A DNA stretch of 27,236 nt from Octopus sinensis (Eukaryota): contig NW_021834041.1 in the NCBI RefSeq assembly GCF_006345805.1, forward strand, positions 1-27,236, in the 5' to 3' direction. Position numbers and translations under genes: made by a program. The notes under the pieces were generated by a model. The model worked only from the letters and a program-made list of their open reading frames with translations, was not told where the DNA came from and searched no databases. Below are positions 24,788 through 27,236 of this stretch, piece by piece (the stretch's first letter is position 1; each line of letters starts with the position of its first letter).

Positions 24788-24893
24788 GTGATTCTGATAT
24801 AAAGGAACAGTGATTCTGATATAAATTAATAAACTTGATCATTTTTAATTAAATGCTATTTACTGCAAGACTGATAATTGAAATAAAACTTAC

Positions 24894-27236
24894 CTTTGTG
24901 GACTTTTGAAGACTTCTGCTCATTGTCGATGTCTTCCAGTCTTCAGGATAGTAATGGCTCCTCGAATGACCATATCTCTCTGACATCTCTCCTCGATTAC
25001 CTGACATCACAGGTACACTGTTGTTACCTTGATAGATCAACTGTCTCATCTCATTGCGACATTGGTATGCCTGTTTCTCTTCTGCAGTTCTTTCAGATGA
25101 GCTATTTCTCACATTGTTACATCTCACAATACACAGGGTTATAGAAACCACAATAGCTATAGATACTATCACAGCTGCTACTACAATGATAATCAACAAT
25201 GTCGCATCTATTGTATTATCACTTGGTAGGTGCACAGCTGTGAACATTGGTGACGTCTTGTTACTAACAGTCAGTGTCAAAGACACACTAGTTGTTGCTG
25301 ACAGAACTGGAGTACCACTGTCTTTCACAACAAACTCAAGCTCATATGATCCGGCATCGTTTTGGTAAACTGTGCGAGAGTATGATAACACACCAGTGAA
25401 AGAGTCCAGTTTAAATAACTGTCTCTCGTTACCTGAAACGATTTCATACCTGAGAAAAGCATTCATGTGACTGTCTATATCAGATGCTTTCAGAACTGTG
25501 ATGTCGTTCTTACTTTGCGGATGATAGTGGACATTAAGAGTGAAAGGGTCAACACTAGGAAATGTAAAATATGGAGCATTATCATTTCTATCCAATACTT
25601 CCACTTCAACATTCACTGTGTTATTCAGAGATGGGCTTCCATTGTCTTTCACAAAAACCTCAAACTCATAGAAATCTCTGTGTTCTCTGTCTAAAGACTG
25701 GTTTGTTGAAATAAAGCCAGAGTTGATAATCTGGAATGGCAGACGATATTGCTGTTTATTTCTCAGAGAATAAGACAATTCACCTCCCTTACCAATATCT
25801 GGGTCTGTAGCATTGATAAAGCCAATAGGGAAATTAGCTTTGTCATTCTCATAGGTAAGGAACTTGAATGTGTCTTTCGTAAAGTGTGGTTCGACATCAT
25901 TCACATCCAACACCTGGATTGACAGATCTTTATCAGTTTTCAGAGCAGGTAATCCTTTATCTTCACACGACACAGTAAAGTGATAATGTTCCTGTGTCTC
26001 TCTGTCTACTGCTTTCTTTAGAACTATTTTATATTCCTTCGATCCCATTGACTGTAGTTTGAATGTGTCGTCTTTGATATGACAGTTCACCTGTCCATTG
26101 TGTCCAACATCATTGTCAGTGACCATCACATAAGCAATGAAACTACCAACTTTGATGTCTTCCAGAATGGTAGCTGTGTTGTGATTCTGAGTAGAAATAA
26201 AATTCACATCAATATTTGGAGGATTGTTGTGTTGGTTGATAACATTTATCTGAATTATTGCAATGGAACTGAGAGGAGGAATTCCATTATCTTTGGCTTT
26301 CACATATAATTTAAATGATTCTTTCTTACCAAAATTTATAGGTTTTTCAAGAAATAACTTTCCAGTACTTTTATCTAAATGAAAGTATTCTTTTATCGTT
26401 TCATCAGTTTTCTGACTGAAATAGAAAGATATTTTACCATTCCTGTCAATATCTAAATCACTGGCAGATAATGTGACGACTGGAATATTCTTTTTATGTT
26501 TATGTTCTATAGAGACATTGTAGATACTTTGAGAAAATTGCGGTTTATTATCATTTTCATCTTTTACAGATATTTTCACATTTAGCACAGACTGCTTTGG
26601 TGGACTTCCCCCATCTTTACCAATAACCTCAATATTGTAGTTGTCTTTCTTTTCTCTGTCTAATTTATTTTCTAAAATAATTTCTAAAGTGGAAATTCCA
26701 TCTGCTTCTTTAGAAACACTTAATGAAAAATAGTTACCTCCACCATTTAAGTCATAATTAATTAAGCTGTTTTGGTAACCTTTATCTTTGTCGATGGCAT
26801 TAGGTATGGTTTTCTTCATACCTTTACCATCTCCTTCTCTGAAATGTAGTGTGATTTCTTTCTCAGGAAACTCAGGTTGGTGGTCATTGATGTCTTCTAT
26901 TATGACTTTAATCTTTAAGATCTTCATAAATGTCTTGGATTTGTGAACAGCCACTTTAACGATTTCAAAACATTCTTTCTCATAACTACACACAGACTCA
27001 GCATCCAATGTCTCAACAGTGTACAGTTTACCTGTTCTCGTCACATTGAACAACTGTTCTCCCTTTTGTTGCAGTTGACTAAATGTAATTAAATCCTTAT
27101 TCTTTAAGAAGGAGCTGTCTGATTTCTGTAAGTCAGTAGCAATGTCCCCTACATAGGTATAGGGACTCTTCTCTTCTTCAATATGATATGTGATATCTTC
27201 ACTTGAATAACAATGAGAAAAAGTCAATAAAATACA
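24894..27236 (-). CDS. Pcdh: Protocadherin paralogue C, large exon (signal peptide cut by window edge, EC1-EC6, TM, proximal cytoplasmic tail); reading frame intact
   Basis: 792-aa ORF with six cadherin repeats (DINDHQP, DENDNKP, DVNDVEP, DRNDNAP linkers; LDRE motifs), EC1 Cys-X5-Cys (CSYEKEC) and TM LLIIIVVAAVIVSIAIVVSITLCIV. Phase-0 donor AAG|GTAAGT at 24894/24893. By comparison with gene B the start codon lies just beyond 27236. Confidence 0.95.

Noticed and set aside
24786-24825. 18-bp direct repeat cagtgattctgatataaa next to the SINE
   Set aside because: Both copies lie on the same side of the element, so this is a small local duplication and not a target-site duplication.

Overview
AT-rich eukaryotic genomic DNA, most likely from a coleoid cephalopod (octopus), inferred from the tandem multi-exon protocadherins and the SINE landscape. 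The window holds three head-to-tail, minus-strand protocadherin paralogues: A (~6.5-14.3 kb), B (~14.7-22.7 kb) and C (~23.1 kb to the window end, 5'-truncated). Each has a large exon encoding the signal peptide, six cadherin repeats, the transmembrane helix and the proximal tail, followed by its own 154-nt and 122-nt cytoplasmic exons. A conserved ~640-bp promoter/first-exon block with a 135-bp core identical in all copies precedes genes A and B. A third copy of this block at ~5.1-5.8 kb has no coding exon in view. EC1 and EC4-to-tail are almost identical between paralogues while EC2-EC3 are divergent. Genes A and B carry deletion frameshifts that may be assembly errors. Introns and the left 5 kb contain SINEs, a CR1-like LINE end, a Tc1/mariner remnant, MITE-like elements and microsatellites.
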